NCBI RefSeq assembly: GCF_003010495.1
Contig: NZ_CP027570.1
Coordinates: 750,001-782,000 of the forward strand
Direction of reading: 5' to 3'
DNA from: Megasphaera elsdenii DSM 20460
GTDB lineage: Bacteria; Bacillota; Negativicutes; Veillonellales; Megasphaeraceae
Length of the DNA stretch: 32,000 nt
Shown: positions 1 to 8,496 of the stretch, piece after piece
Position numbering within the stretch: the first letter of the stretch is position 1
Layout: every line of letters begins with the position of its first letter
The notes under the pieces: model-generated
What the model was told of the DNA's origin: nothing
The model's input: the letters and a program-made list of their open reading frames with translations, nothing else
Database searches by the model: none
Translations under genes and position numbers: made by a program

Positions 1-561
1 AGCCATCATCGGGCCGGGCAGGACGCCGATTTTGCCACTGGGCAGGGCCGGCCAGACGTGGAGGCCGTAAACGGCATCGACGCCGTCGAGGACGCCGGAC
101 GCAACCAGCCCCTTGGCGCCGCCGACAGGCGATTTTTCTTCGGCTGGCTGGCAGATGAAGACGACCGTACCGGGAATATCGTCTTTCACCTGGCTCAGAA
201 CCTTAGCGGCACCGAGGAGGATGCTCATGTGGCCGTCATGGCCGCAGGCGTGCATCTTGCCGGGGAAATTGGACGCAAAGGGCAGGCCCGTTTCTTCCGT
301 CATGGGCAGGGCGTCCATATCGGCCCGCAAAGCGATGACCGGTCCCGGCTTTCCGCCTTTGAGCGTCCCCAGGACAGCCGTCGTACCGGCAACATATTCC
401 TGTACATCGATTCCGAAAGACCGCAGCTTGGCTGCCATAAAAGCAGCCGTTTCCACTTCTTCGCCAGATAATTCCGGATTTTCATGGATATGACGGCGCA
501 TGGCACAAATATCAGGCACAGCCTGCTTCACTAAGTCTTTGATAATCATTTTATCGATCAT
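1..561 (-). CDS. M20 family amidohydrolase (N-acyl-L-amino acid amidohydrolase / hippurate hydrolase-like). Only the N-terminal 187 codons are present; the 3' end lies off the left edge.
   Basis: My translation of the minus strand from the ATG at 561 reads MIDKMIIKDLVKQAVPDICAMRRHIHENPELSGEEVETAAFMAAKLRSFGIDV...KMHACGHDGHMSILLGAAKVL...VFICQPAEE. HENPEL and HACGHDGH are family motifs. A GGAGGG RBS lies at 568-573 (minus). The frame is open to position 1, and with no stop inside the window it is missing from the ORF track. Confidence 0.8.
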   Translation of the reverse strand, partial: MIDKMIIKDLVKQAVPDICAMRRHIHENPELSGEEVETAAFMAAKLRSFGIDVQEYVAGTTAVLGTLKGGKPGPVIALRADMDALPMTEETGLPFASNFPGKMHACGHDGHMSILLGAAKVLSQVKDDIPGTVVFICQPAEEKSPVGGAKGLVASGVLDGVDAVYGLHVWPALPSGKIGVLPGPMMA

Positions 562-736
562 GGCAAACCCTCCATGTATGAATTATTATTTATAAAATAT
601 GGCTAATAATACCACATAACATGAGAAAATACAACTGCTTCACTAGTCTTTTACAAGAGCTGGTACAGCCCTGATAAGTGCGTTATAATAAGGATGCAAG
701 TTCATAATTCATCCATTTTAAAAGGGAGGCTTATGC

Positions 737-2104
737 ATGAAAGCATTTGATACAGAAAACAGCGTCTGGGCCCGCTTCTCACCGGAACAGCGCGGCCAGA
801 TGGAAACTTACAGCGTCCACTACCGCCAGTTTTTGGACACAGCCCGGACAGAACGGCTGGCCAATAAGGAAATCATCCGCCAGGCTGAAAACGCCGGATT
901 CCGGCCCTTGGCTGACTTCACCAGCCTGAAAGCCGGCGACAAGGTCTACTGGGACCAGAAAGGGAAATCGGTCATCTTAGCCGTCATCGGCTCTGACCCC
1001 ATCGAAAAGGGGCTGAAAATCGTCGGCTCCCATATCGACTGCCCGCGGCTGGACGTCAAGGCCATGCCCGTTGTCGAAAAGAACAAAATCGTCTACTTCA
1101 AGACCCATTATTACGGCGGCTTGCTGAAATACCAGTGGGTCTGCCTGCCCTTGTCCCTGATTGGCGTCGTCTATAAAGCCGATGGCAGCCGCATCGACGT
1201 CTCCATCGGCGAAGACCAGGGCGATCCTGTCCTGTTCATCAACGACCTCCTGCCTCACCTGGGCAAGGACCAGGCTGCTAAGAAACTCTCTGAAGCCATC
1301 AGCGGCGAAATGCTCATGCCCCTGGCCGGCACGAACGGCGAAGGAGAAAAGACGAAACCGGCTATTCTGACCTTGTTAAAGGACAAATACGGTATTGAAG
1401 AAGAAGATTTCACCAGTGCCGAACTGGAAATCATCCCGGCCGTCAAGAGCCGCGACGTCGGCCTGGACCGGTCGATGATCATGTCCCACGGCCATGACGA
1501 CCGCGTCTGCTCTTACGCCAACCTAGCCGCCATCCTCGATGCCGAACCAGGGGAAAAGACGCAAGTCGCCCTCTTTGCCGATAAAGAAGAAATCGGTTCC
1601 GTCGGCAACACCGGCGTCCACTCGTCGTATTTTCCGGACTTCATTGCCGAACTCTTGTCCCTCCAGGGTCGTGACCAAGAAATCTGGCTGCGCCGGACCC
1701 TGCGCAACAGCGAAGTCCTGTCGGCCGACGTCTGCGCCGCCTTCGACCCGGTCTTTGCCGATGCCTATGAAGAACAGAACTCGGCCAAACTCGGCTACGG
1801 CATCTGCCTGTGCAAATACACCGGTGCCCGCGGCAAGGCCGGCAGCAACGACGCCAACGCCGAATTTATGGCCAAGATCCGCCGCATCTTCAACGAAAAA
1901 GAAGTTCCCTGGCAGGTCGGGGAACTGGGTAAAGTCGACCAAGGTGGCGGTGGCACCATCGCCTACATCATGGCCGACTGGGGCTGCGACGTCGTCGACT
2001 GCGGCGTAGCCATGCACAGCATGCACGCTCCTTTAGAAATCGTCGCCAAAGCCGATGCCTACAGTGGCTACCTGGCCTATAAAGCCTTTTTTGAAAGTAA
2101 GTGA
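737..2104 (+). CDS. M18 family aminopeptidase (aminopeptidase 1 / aspartyl aminopeptidase-like)
   Basis: The 455-aa ORF has an AAGGGAGG RBS at 722-729. Sequence features are GSHIDCPRLD, HGHDDRVC, DKEEIGS and MHSMHAP, the metal-ligand pattern of M18 peptidases. A strong terminator follows. Confidence 0.88.
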   Translation: MKAFDTENSVWARFSPEQRGQMETYSVHYRQFLDTARTERLANKEIIRQAENAGFRPLADFTSLKAGDKVYWDQKGKSVILAVIGSDPIEKGLKIVGSHIDCPRLDVKAMPVVEKNKIVYFKTHYYGGLLKYQWVCLPLSLIGVVYKADGSRIDVSIGEDQGDPVLFINDLLPHLGKDQAAKKLSEAISGEMLMPLAGTNGEGEKTKPAILTLLKDKYGIEEEDFTSAELEIIPAVKSRDVGLDRSMIMSHGHDDRVCSYANLAAILDAEPGEKTQVALFADKEEIGSVGNTGVHSSYFPDFIAELLSLQGRDQEIWLRRTLRNSEVLSADVCAAFDPVFADAYEEQNSAKLGYGICLCKYTGARGKAGSNDANAEFMAKIRRIFNEKEVPWQVGELGKVDQGGGGTIAYIMADWGCDVVDCGVAMHSMHAPLEIVAKADAYSGYLAYKAFFESK

Positions 2105-2110
2105 GAAAAA

Positions 2111-2140
2111 GGCGCTGTCGCAGGAAGACAGCGCCTTTTT
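2111..2140. terminator. Rho-independent terminator, potentially bidirectional, between convergent genes
   Basis: The stem GGCGCTGTC (2111-2119) pairs with GACAGCGCC (2127-2135) around the loop GCAGGAA. A T5 run follows (2136-2140) and an A5 run precedes (2106-2110). Confidence 0.75.
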
Positions 2141-2264
2141 AGTGATTAGGGTTTAGTGGCTAGTGGTTAGTGAATGGCTTTAAATTTAAAGGTTTTCTCT
2201 GTAAACTACAAAGGCTGTACTGCTGTACTGTAAACTGGCCTGGAAATCACACATATCCCGGAAC

Positions 2265-2289
2265 GGGCTCGCCACGTGCGAGTCCCTAC
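2265..2289. repeat. 25-nt palindromic intergenic motif with a CACGTG core (copy 1 of 2 in the window)
   Basis: GGGCTCGCCACGTGCGAGTCCCTAC matches 21/25 positions of 13310-13334, GGGCTTACCACGTGCAAGCCCCTAC. The differences at stem positions are partly compensatory (C:G to T:A). Confidence 0.5.
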
Positions 2290-2315
2290 AGCGTAATTCT
2301 GGAACCGGGGTGTGC

Positions 2316-3209
2316 TTAATGGCATTCACTTTCACGAAGCCCCTTGATTGTCTGGTAAAGGCCGTACACGTAGAGGGCGACGGCTACCCAGGCGAAGCAG
2401 AAGGTCAGGCGCAAGGGCGGCGTGATAGTTTCACCGCTCAAGAGGCCGATGACCAGGGTGATGCTCGGCGAGAGGTACATGAGCATACCGCCCGTCGTTA
2501 TGGGGACCCCTTTGACACCGGCCGAAAAGAGCATCATAGGAACGGCGGTGACGACGCCCGTCGCCGGCAGGAGCAGCCATTGCCAACCCTGGAAGGTTCC
2601 TATGGCACCCAGGCCATGCCCTTCGCTAAAGGCGATGAAAAGCAGGGATAAGGGTACCATGGAAAAGGATTCGATGAAGACCGAAACCTGGCTGTCCAGG
2701 CGGACTTTCTTTTTCAACATGCTGTACGTCGCCCAGGTCAGGCAGATGAGGAACGACAACCAGGGAACGACACCGTACAGACAGAAGGCCAGGACCAGGC
2801 CGGCTCCGGCGACGACGACGGACAGTTTCTGGATAGGCCGCAGCCGTTCATGGAAGAGAAGGCCGCCGAAAAAGACGAGGACGATAGGATTGATGAAATA
2901 GGCCAGGCTGGCCTGGAGAATGAAGCCCTGTGTCGTCGCGTAAATATAAGACCCCCAGTTCAGGGTAATGAAGATACAGGCCCCAGCAATATACGGCCAT
3001 TGCCAGCGCTCCTGCCGGACCCCTTTCAGGTCGGGCAGGAGCTTTTTCTGTATGATGAGGAAAAAGCAGAAGACCGACGCCCAGACAATGCGCGAGGCCA
3101 GCGTGTACAGCGGCGGCAGCTGCCGCAACAGCAGCCAGAAGGCCGGCAGTACGCCCCAGATGGCCTGACTTAGAATGAAATAGATATAACAAATTTTGCT
3201 CCCGTCCAT
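2316..3209 (-). CDS. rarD: EamA/DMT superfamily permease, RarD-like
   Basis: The 297-aa protein is very hydrophobic, with about 10 predicted TM segments. Its N-terminus, YIYFILSQAIWGVLPAFW, is typical of RarD-type EamA proteins. Confidence 0.7.
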   Translation of the reverse strand: MDGSKICYIYFILSQAIWGVLPAFWLLLRQLPPLYTLASRIVWASVFCFFLIIQKKLLPDLKGVRQERWQWPYIAGACIFITLNWGSYIYATTQGFILQASLAYFINPIVLVFFGGLLFHERLRPIQKLSVVVAGAGLVLAFCLYGVVPWLSFLICLTWATYSMLKKKVRLDSQVSVFIESFSMVPLSLLFIAFSEGHGLGAIGTFQGWQWLLLPATGVVTAVPMMLFSAGVKGVPITTGGMLMYLSPSITLVIGLLSGETITPPLRLTFCFAWVAVALYVYGLYQTIKGLRESECH

Positions 3210-3316
3210 AAGATATCTCCTTTGACTGATTCAGCTTATTGTTACTACTATCATGCAATAGGCCTTTTTGTTTGTCAATAACGAGGATGATGTCCCTGGC
3301 GGGAGCTCGGCTAGTC

Positions 3317-3928
3317 TTACGCAATGTGGTGGGAGCCGTATTTTTTGAGTACGAGTTCGGTCAAATACTGGGCCGTCGCTTCGACGCCGAGAAAGCTGCT
3401 GTTGATGAGCAGGTCCGTATGGTGGAAGTCGCCTGGCAGATAACCGGCATAACGAACCTGGTAGGCGTCGCGGGCCCGGTCGACGTTGCGCATCATTTCC
3501 TTGGCCGTCCGTTCGTCCATCTTGAGCCGTTCAACGCAGTTCTTGAGGCGTTCTTTATAGGGTGCATAGATAAAGATGCGCAGCAAGTGCTTGGAACATT
3601 TCAAGATAGAATCGGAACAGCGGCCGACGATGATGCACGACTTGGCATCGGCTAGGTTCAAGATGATTTTCTTTTCTACCTGGAAGAGCTCGTCCTGTTT
3701 CCGCGTTTCGTCGTGCCCTAAGGGAAAGCACATGCGCCAGAAGCGGTTGGGTTTGGCCGATTCTTCCAGATCGCTAGCAATGGACAAGGACATATTCATC
3801 TTTTTCGCCGCCGCTTCGATGAGGTCCCGGTCATAGAACTCGACGTTCAGGGCTTCGGCCATTTCTTTGGCAATGGGCCGGCCCATACTGCCAAACTGAC
3901 GGTTAATGGTGATGATGAATTTTTCCAT
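3317..3928 (-). CDS. Cytidylate kinase-like family protein (P-loop-like NMP kinase fold, function unknown)
   Basis: The 203-aa ORF starts [37 protein letters not shown], the usual N-terminus of the cytidylate-kinase-like family. It lies 13 nt downstream of the ABC ATPase gene on the same strand. Confidence 0.65.
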   Translation of the reverse strand: MEKFIITINRQFGSMGRPIAKEMAEALNVEFYDRDLIEAAAKKMNMSLSIASDLEESAKPNRFWRMCFPLGHDETRKQDELFQVEKKIILNLADAKSCIIVGRCSDSILKCSKHLLRIFIYAPYKERLKNCVERLKMDERTAKEMMRNVDRARDAYQVRYAGYLPGDFHHTDLLINSSFLGVEATAQYLTELVLKKYGSHHIA

Positions 3929-3941
3929 CGTACTCCCTCCT

Positions 3942-4664
3942 TTACGACAAGAAACGGCTCAAGAAGTTGCGGGCTCGTTCCGTCTTGGGATGGCTGAAGA
4001 ATTCAGCCGGCGTCGTATCTTCCTGGACAATGCTGTCGGCCATGAAGACGATGCGGTCCGACACGTCGCGGGCAAAAGCCATTTCATGGGTCACGATGAC
4101 CATAGACATGCCATTGTGGGCCAAGTCGCGCATGACATCGAGAACGCCGCCGACGAGTTCCGGGTCCAAGGCCGATGTCGGTTCATCGAAAAGAATCATC
4201 TTAGGGTTCATGGCCAGGGCGCGGGCAATGGCGACGCGCTGCTGCTGGCCGCCGGAGAGCATATCCGGCATCTTTTCGGCCTTGTCGGCCATGTCGACTT
4301 TTTTGAGCATTTCCATGGCAATATCGTGGGCGTCGGCTTTTTTCATGTGTTTGACGCTCTGCAGGGCCAGCATGACGTTGCCGACGACGTTGCGCAGGGG
4401 AAAGAGGTTGAAATGCTGGAAGACCATGGTCACTTCTTCGCGCATCTTACGGATGTCGTAGCCAGGCTGAAGGATGCTCTGGCCATTATATTTGATGTCG
4501 CCTCCAGTCGGCGATTCCAACAGATTCAGACAGCGCAAGAAAGTGCTCTTCCCGGCACCGGAGGGTCCGAGGATACAGGTAACTTCATCATCCAGGGACA
4601 GGCTGATATCATTTAGGACCAGGTTATCACCATACTGTTTCTTCAAATGTTCAATTCTCATCAT
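3942..4664 (-). CDS. Polar amino acid ABC transporter ATP-binding protein (GlnQ/ArtP-like)
   Basis: The 240-aa protein has Walker [10 protein letters not shown], the ABC signature [15 protein letters not shown] and Walker [12 protein letters not shown]. Its start overlaps the permease stop (4661-4664). Confidence 0.92.
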   Translation of the reverse strand: MMRIEHLKKQYGDNLVLNDISLSLDDEVTCILGPSGAGKSTFLRCLNLLESPTGGDIKYNGQSILQPGYDIRKMREEVTMVFQHFNLFPLRNVVGNVMLALQSVKHMKKADAHDIAMEMLKKVDMADKAEKMPDMLSGGQQQRVAIARALAMNPKMILFDEPTSALDPELVGGVLDVMRDLAHNGMSMVIVTHEMAFARDVSDRIVFMADSIVQEDTTPAEFFSHPKTERARNFLSRFLS

Positions 4665-5320
4665 TTTACATCAGCTCCCATCTTCTGTTCGCAAATATTG
4701 ACAGCGACTGTCAGCAGCGAAATCAAGACTAAGTAGAACACGGCCAGGACCGTATAGCTTTCGACGAATTCAAAGTTCGACGACGCGTACTGACCAGCTT
4801 GATAGGTCATTTCGGCGACACCGATGACGGTCAGGATAGACGTATCCTTTACGGTAATGATGAACTGGTTGCCCAGTGCCGGCAACATAGTCCGGAAAGC
4901 CATGGGCAGGATCAGTTTCATGACAATCTGGAATTTCGTCATTCCCAAAGACATCCCTGCTTCCCACTGGCCTTTAGGCACTTCCAGGATAGCGCCGCGG
5001 ACGATTTCTGAAATGTAAGCCCCGGCATTAAGGGAAACACAGAGAATGCCTGCCGCTTCATGAGATAAATGGAGGCCAAAGAGTTTCGGCATGACGAAAT
5101 AGATGTACAAAGCCTGGACCAAGATTGGCGTGCTGCGGATGATCCAGACATAAAAGGCGCTGATGCTCTTGAGGATGCGTATATTGCGGGCCCGGGAAAA
5201 ACCCGTAGCCAAGCCGATGAAATAGCCGATGATGATACTCGTCACGGAAATGACGACGGTCCAGAACAGACCTTTCATAATGACACCGATGATGATGTCC
5301 AAGTGTTCCCAGTTAAACAT
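4661..5320 (-). CDS. Amino acid ABC transporter permease (His/Glu/Gln/Arg/opine family)
   Basis: The 219-aa hydrophobic protein carries an EAA-like loop, EAGMSLGMTKFQIVMKLILPMAFRTMLPALGNQFI. Confidence 0.9.
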   Translation of the reverse strand: MFNWEHLDIIIGVIMKGLFWTVVISVTSIIIGYFIGLATGFSRARNIRILKSISAFYVWIIRSTPILVQALYIYFVMPKLFGLHLSHEAAGILCVSLNAGAYISEIVRGAILEVPKGQWEAGMSLGMTKFQIVMKLILPMAFRTMLPALGNQFIITVKDTSILTVIGVAEMTYQAGQYASSNFEFVESYTVLAVFYLVLISLLTVAVNICEQKMGADVK

Positions 5321-5410
5321 AGCCTTCCCTCCTTAAAGGAATACCCCTTATAGCAAGAAGTCCGGCAAAAGTACGACTCTTGCCGGGCCACTGCGGTATG
5401 ACTGATGACC

Positions 5411-6193
5411 TTAGACGTTCAGCCATTTATCTTCTAATTTCTTGATTGTCCCGTCTTCCTGCAATTCCTTCAAAGCTTTGTCGAATTCGGCTTTATACGG
5501 GCTGTCCTTTGGCAGGGCGAAACCATCGGGAATTTTCGCCGTTTCTTCCCCTAAGAGGGTCAGGCCGCTTTCGGGATGTTTCTTCAAATAGTAGACGGCA
5601 TTCGGTTTATCCTGCATAAGGGCATCGGCCTTCCCCTGTTCAACCTCCATGAAGGCTGCCGAAATGGACGGGAAGACGACGATTTCCGAGTCCCTGCAGT
5701 GTTCCGTTACGTACTTATGAGAAGCTGTCCCTTTTTCGACGGCGATTTTCTTACCTTTCAGCTGATCGACAGACGTAAGGTTTTCATCTTTGCGGACGAT
5801 GAACTGCAATCCTGCGTTTTCATAAGGTTCGGTGAAGTCCATCTTTTTCTTGCGGTCTTCGGTAATGCAGACCTGGCCCATGCCGATATCATATTCGCCA
5901 TTGGCGACGGCCATGAACATGTTGTCGTATTCTGTCGGCGTGACTTTATACGTAAAGCCCAGTTTCTTGGACATGGCGTCGAGCAAGTCCAAGTCGTAAC
6001 CGACGAGCTTGCTGTTTTCATCTTTGAAAGCAAAAGGCGCATAGATCCCGGTCGCTACTTTCAATTCTTTCCCTTTCAGGCTAGCCTTATCACCGCTGCC
6101 ACTTCCCCCGCCACAGCCAGCTAAGACAGATATGGATACGACGGCACTCAAGCCGGCTAAGATTGCTTTTTTTACTTTACTGTTCATCATCAT
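5411..6193 (-). CDS. Amino acid ABC transporter substrate-binding lipoprotein
   Basis: The ORF track starts at 6235. I prefer the ATG cluster at 6193-6187 (MMMNSKVKK...), which is preceded by AAGAGGGG. The lipobox LAGCGG is present, and the family-3 SBP body includes TEDRKKKMDFTEPY. Confidence 0.85.
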   Translation of the reverse strand: MMMNSKVKKAILAGLSAVVSISVLAGCGGGSGSGDKASLKGKELKVATGIYAPFAFKDENSKLVGYDLDLLDAMSKKLGFTYKVTPTEYDNMFMAVANGEYDIGMGQVCITEDRKKKMDFTEPYENAGLQFIVRKDENLTSVDQLKGKKIAVEKGTASHKYVTEHCRDSEIVVFPSISAAFMEVEQGKADALMQDKPNAVYYLKKHPESGLTLLGEETAKIPDGFALPKDSPYKAEFDKALKELQEDGTIKKLEDKWLNV

Positions 6194-6262
6194 AATCAGG
6201 CACCCCTCTTCGTATGTATGACTGGAATCTATCATTCAGGTCTCGCGACCGGAACGTTGGAA

Positions 6263-7306
6263 TCAGGCTTGAATCTGGAAACCATGGCGGAACGGGTCCG
6301 TCTCATCGAGGACCAGGCAGTTGATGCCCGTAATATAGGCACTGCCCGTAATCTGTGGAATAGCCGCAGCCATGCCGCCGACTTTGGCATCCTCTACGAT
6401 GCGGGCTTTGAACAAGGTCCCCATGATACTCTCATAAACGAAAAGTTCATTTTTCTTCAATTTTCCCCGCAAGTACAGCGACGCCACTTTTGCGCTGGTA
6501 CCGGTCCCGCAGGGGCTGCGGTCAATCTGGTAGTTGCCGAAGACGACGGCATTCTTCATGGTCGCTTCGGGCCGGTCGGCCTTGCCATAAAATTCGACTA
6601 AGTCGACGCTGTGGATGTCCAGTTCCGGATGGGCTACGACTTCCTGAGCATTGACAGAATGGAGGATGTTCATTCCCGTATCGATGATGGTCCGGATATT
6701 GTCCGGCGCTAAGCGCATCCCCAAGGCATCGGCGTCGACGAGGGCGAAGAAGCTGCCGCCGAAGGCGATGTCCAGGGCGACATGGCCTAAGCCATCGACG
6801 GGAACGGTGACACCTGTCCGATATAAGAAGCAGGGCACGTTGGTAATGGTCACTTCTACGGCCCGGCCAGCTTCGACTTTAACATGGGCTTTGATGAGAC
6901 CTGACGGCGCATCGAGGCAGATATCCGTATACGGTTCGTGGACAGGTATCATCTGTTCATTGACCAGTACCGTCGCGACGCCGATGGAGCCGTGACCGCA
7001 CATGTTCAGATAACCGCCGCTGTCCATGAAGATAACGCCGACGTCGGCTTCTTCGTGGACTGGCGTCATGAGGATGGCACCGAACATATTCGTATGGCCC
7101 CGGGGCTCTAGTAAGATTGCCTGACGGTACGTATCGTAGTGTTTGGCGATGTACTGTTTCTTTTCCATCATCGTTTTGCCTGGTGCATGAGGAAATCCAT
7201 TGACGACGATGCGCGTCGGTTCTCCCATGGTATGCGAATCGATGACCAGGATTTTTTCGTCGCCCCGCAATTTTTCCATCAAGCGTTCCTGATTAGCATG
7301 CCACAT
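6263..7306 (-). CDS. prdF: Proline racemase (PrdF-type; proline racemase / 4-hydroxyproline epimerase family)
   Basis: The 347-aa protein has both catalytic Cys motifs, GGYLNMCGHGSIG and DRSPCGTGTSAK. A GAAGGGGGG RBS lies upstream. The gene is immediately downstream of prdB on the same strand. Confidence 0.85.
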   Translation of the reverse strand: MWHANQERLMEKLRGDEKILVIDSHTMGEPTRIVVNGFPHAPGKTMMEKKQYIAKHYDTYRQAILLEPRGHTNMFGAILMTPVHEEADVGVIFMDSGGYLNMCGHGSIGVATVLVNEQMIPVHEPYTDICLDAPSGLIKAHVKVEAGRAVEVTITNVPCFLYRTGVTVPVDGLGHVALDIAFGGSFFALVDADALGMRLAPDNIRTIIDTGMNILHSVNAQEVVAHPELDIHSVDLVEFYGKADRPEATMKNAVVFGNYQIDRSPCGTGTSAKVASLYLRGKLKKNELFVYESIMGTLFKARIVEDAKVGGMAAAIPQITGSAYITGINCLVLDETDPFRHGFQIQA

Positions 7307-7336
7307 CGAATCCCCCCTTCCACTCTTATATTTTTA

Positions 7337-8062
7337 TTACACATTATGGCGATATTCATAGGGAAGAACTTTCAGACCATTATAACTCGGGCAATCGCGG
7401 ACCCATTCCAGGGATTCCTTGAGGATGGCCGTCTGCATGGGGATATTATTCGGTTCGCCGGCATTGGATCCGATAGGTACGTGCGGCGCTGTAATGCGCG
7501 GAGCTCCTTGCTGACGGGCAATAGGCGGTAAGGCGGCGATGACGCAGCAGCTCATGCCTTCAGCTTCGCAGCAGCGGGTGACGATGGTTGCCGAACGGTG
7601 GCAGGTCCCGCAGCCGCCGGTGCAAAGGACGACATCGACGCCCTGGGCTTTCAGCTTCTTGGCGATTTCCGGACCCGTTTCGTTGCGGAATTTTTCGACG
7701 TTGCCGCCGCCGCCCATGAAAGTATACGTTTCTTTCGGAAGGGATCCGATGAAGCCTTCAGCAACCAATTCGTGCAGGCGGTCGATGGGGAACATGGCGT
7801 TGACGTCCTTATTAATATCGGAGTTATCGAAGCCGCCGTGGGTAACCATCAGGTTCGACGATGGCGTATCGAAGGGGATGACGCGATACGTAAAATCCCC
7901 AGATGTATTGAACGGCGTCTGGTCTTTTTTATGGATGCCGCCAGCCGTAATGAAGGCGACTTTACATTCACTCAGTGGTTTCTTTAATTCAGTAAATACC
8001 GGTTTCGGTGTAACGGGAACGAAGATTTCCGAGCGCATCCCTTCTACAGTCGTTAAATTCAT
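7337..8062 (-). CDS. prdB: D-proline reductase subunit PrdB, Cys-containing (non-selenoprotein) form
   Basis: The 241-aa uninterrupted ORF has an AGGAGGGG RBS. It belongs to the GrdB/PrdB family and carries the motif VLCTGGCGTCHRS. The codon at 7610-7612 is TGC (Cys151) at the position that is UGA/Sec in clostridial PrdB. Confidence 0.9.
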   Translation of the reverse strand: MNLTTVEGMRSEIFVPVTPKPVFTELKKPLSECKVAFITAGGIHKKDQTPFNTSGDFTYRVIPFDTPSSNLMVTHGGFDNSDINKDVNAMFPIDRLHELVAEGFIGSLPKETYTFMGGGGNVEKFRNETGPEIAKKLKAQGVDVVLCTGGCGTCHRSATIVTRCCEAEGMSCCVIAALPPIARQQGAPRITAPHVPIGSNAGEPNNIPMQTAILKESLEWVRDCPSYNGLKVLPYEYRHNV

Positions 8063-8073
8063 AACTACCCCTC

Positions 8074-8496
8074 CTATAGTTCATCTACAGCCGCCATGGG
8101 GCTGATGTAAAATTCAGTATATTCTCCCTCTTTTAGGGTCACATCGGTAAAGACCCAACGCCGCGGTACGGCAATGGTAGCCAAACCGCCGAGGCAGTCG
8201 GCTTTGATGGCCGTATCATTGACTTCGCTGAGGACGCCGCCGGCCAAGACCGGTGTGAATTCCCGGTCTATCTGGAGCGGCGCATAATCGTAATCGAGCG
8301 GGGCCTTTACGATTTGCATATAACTAAAATAAAATCGGAATTTCCGGCCTTCCCGAGGCTGATGAAGGAACAAAGACGGTGCTGCGTGGATCACACCGAG
8401 TCTCCCCCGCAGGTTGAGCGCCACATCGTCAGCACCCGCCTTGGTCACAGTCCCTTCCATGAGTACCGGGTTGATCTGATAGTCGAGTTTTGCCAT
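8074..8496 (-). CDS. Small prd-cluster protein of unknown function (same position as the small ORF between prdA and prdB in clostridial clusters; PrdH-like)
   Basis: The 140-aa ORF has an ATG that overlaps the prdA TGA by 1 nt (cTGATGg at 8494-8498). Its stop overlaps the prdB RBS. The ORF has coding-like composition. Confidence 0.6.
   Translation of the reverse strand: MAKLDYQINPVLMEGTVTKAGADDVALNLRGRLGVIHAAPSLFLHQPREGRKFRFYFSYMQIVKAPLDYDYAPLQIDREFTPVLAGGVLSEVNDTAIKADCLGGLATIAVPRRWVFTDVTLKEGEYTEFYISPMAAVDEL

Noticed and set aside
58-493. Plus-strand ORFs 58..471 and 113..493 at the left edge.
   Set aside because: They are antisense to the M20 amidohydrolase reading frame, which shows the HENPEL and HACGHDGH motifs and is open to the window edge.
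5362-5386. Hairpin CCGGCAA/TTGCCGG between the binding-protein and permease genes, considered as a terminator.
   Set aside because: No T-run follows it on the transcribed (minus) strand. It is more likely an intra-operon stabilising or attenuating structure, and I did not call it as a feature.
7337-8062. I searched for an in-frame TGA (selenocysteine) and SECIS-like hairpin in prdB, and likewise in prdC.
   Set aside because: Both ORFs are uninterrupted. The expected Sec position in PrdB is TGC. Nothing suggests recoding.
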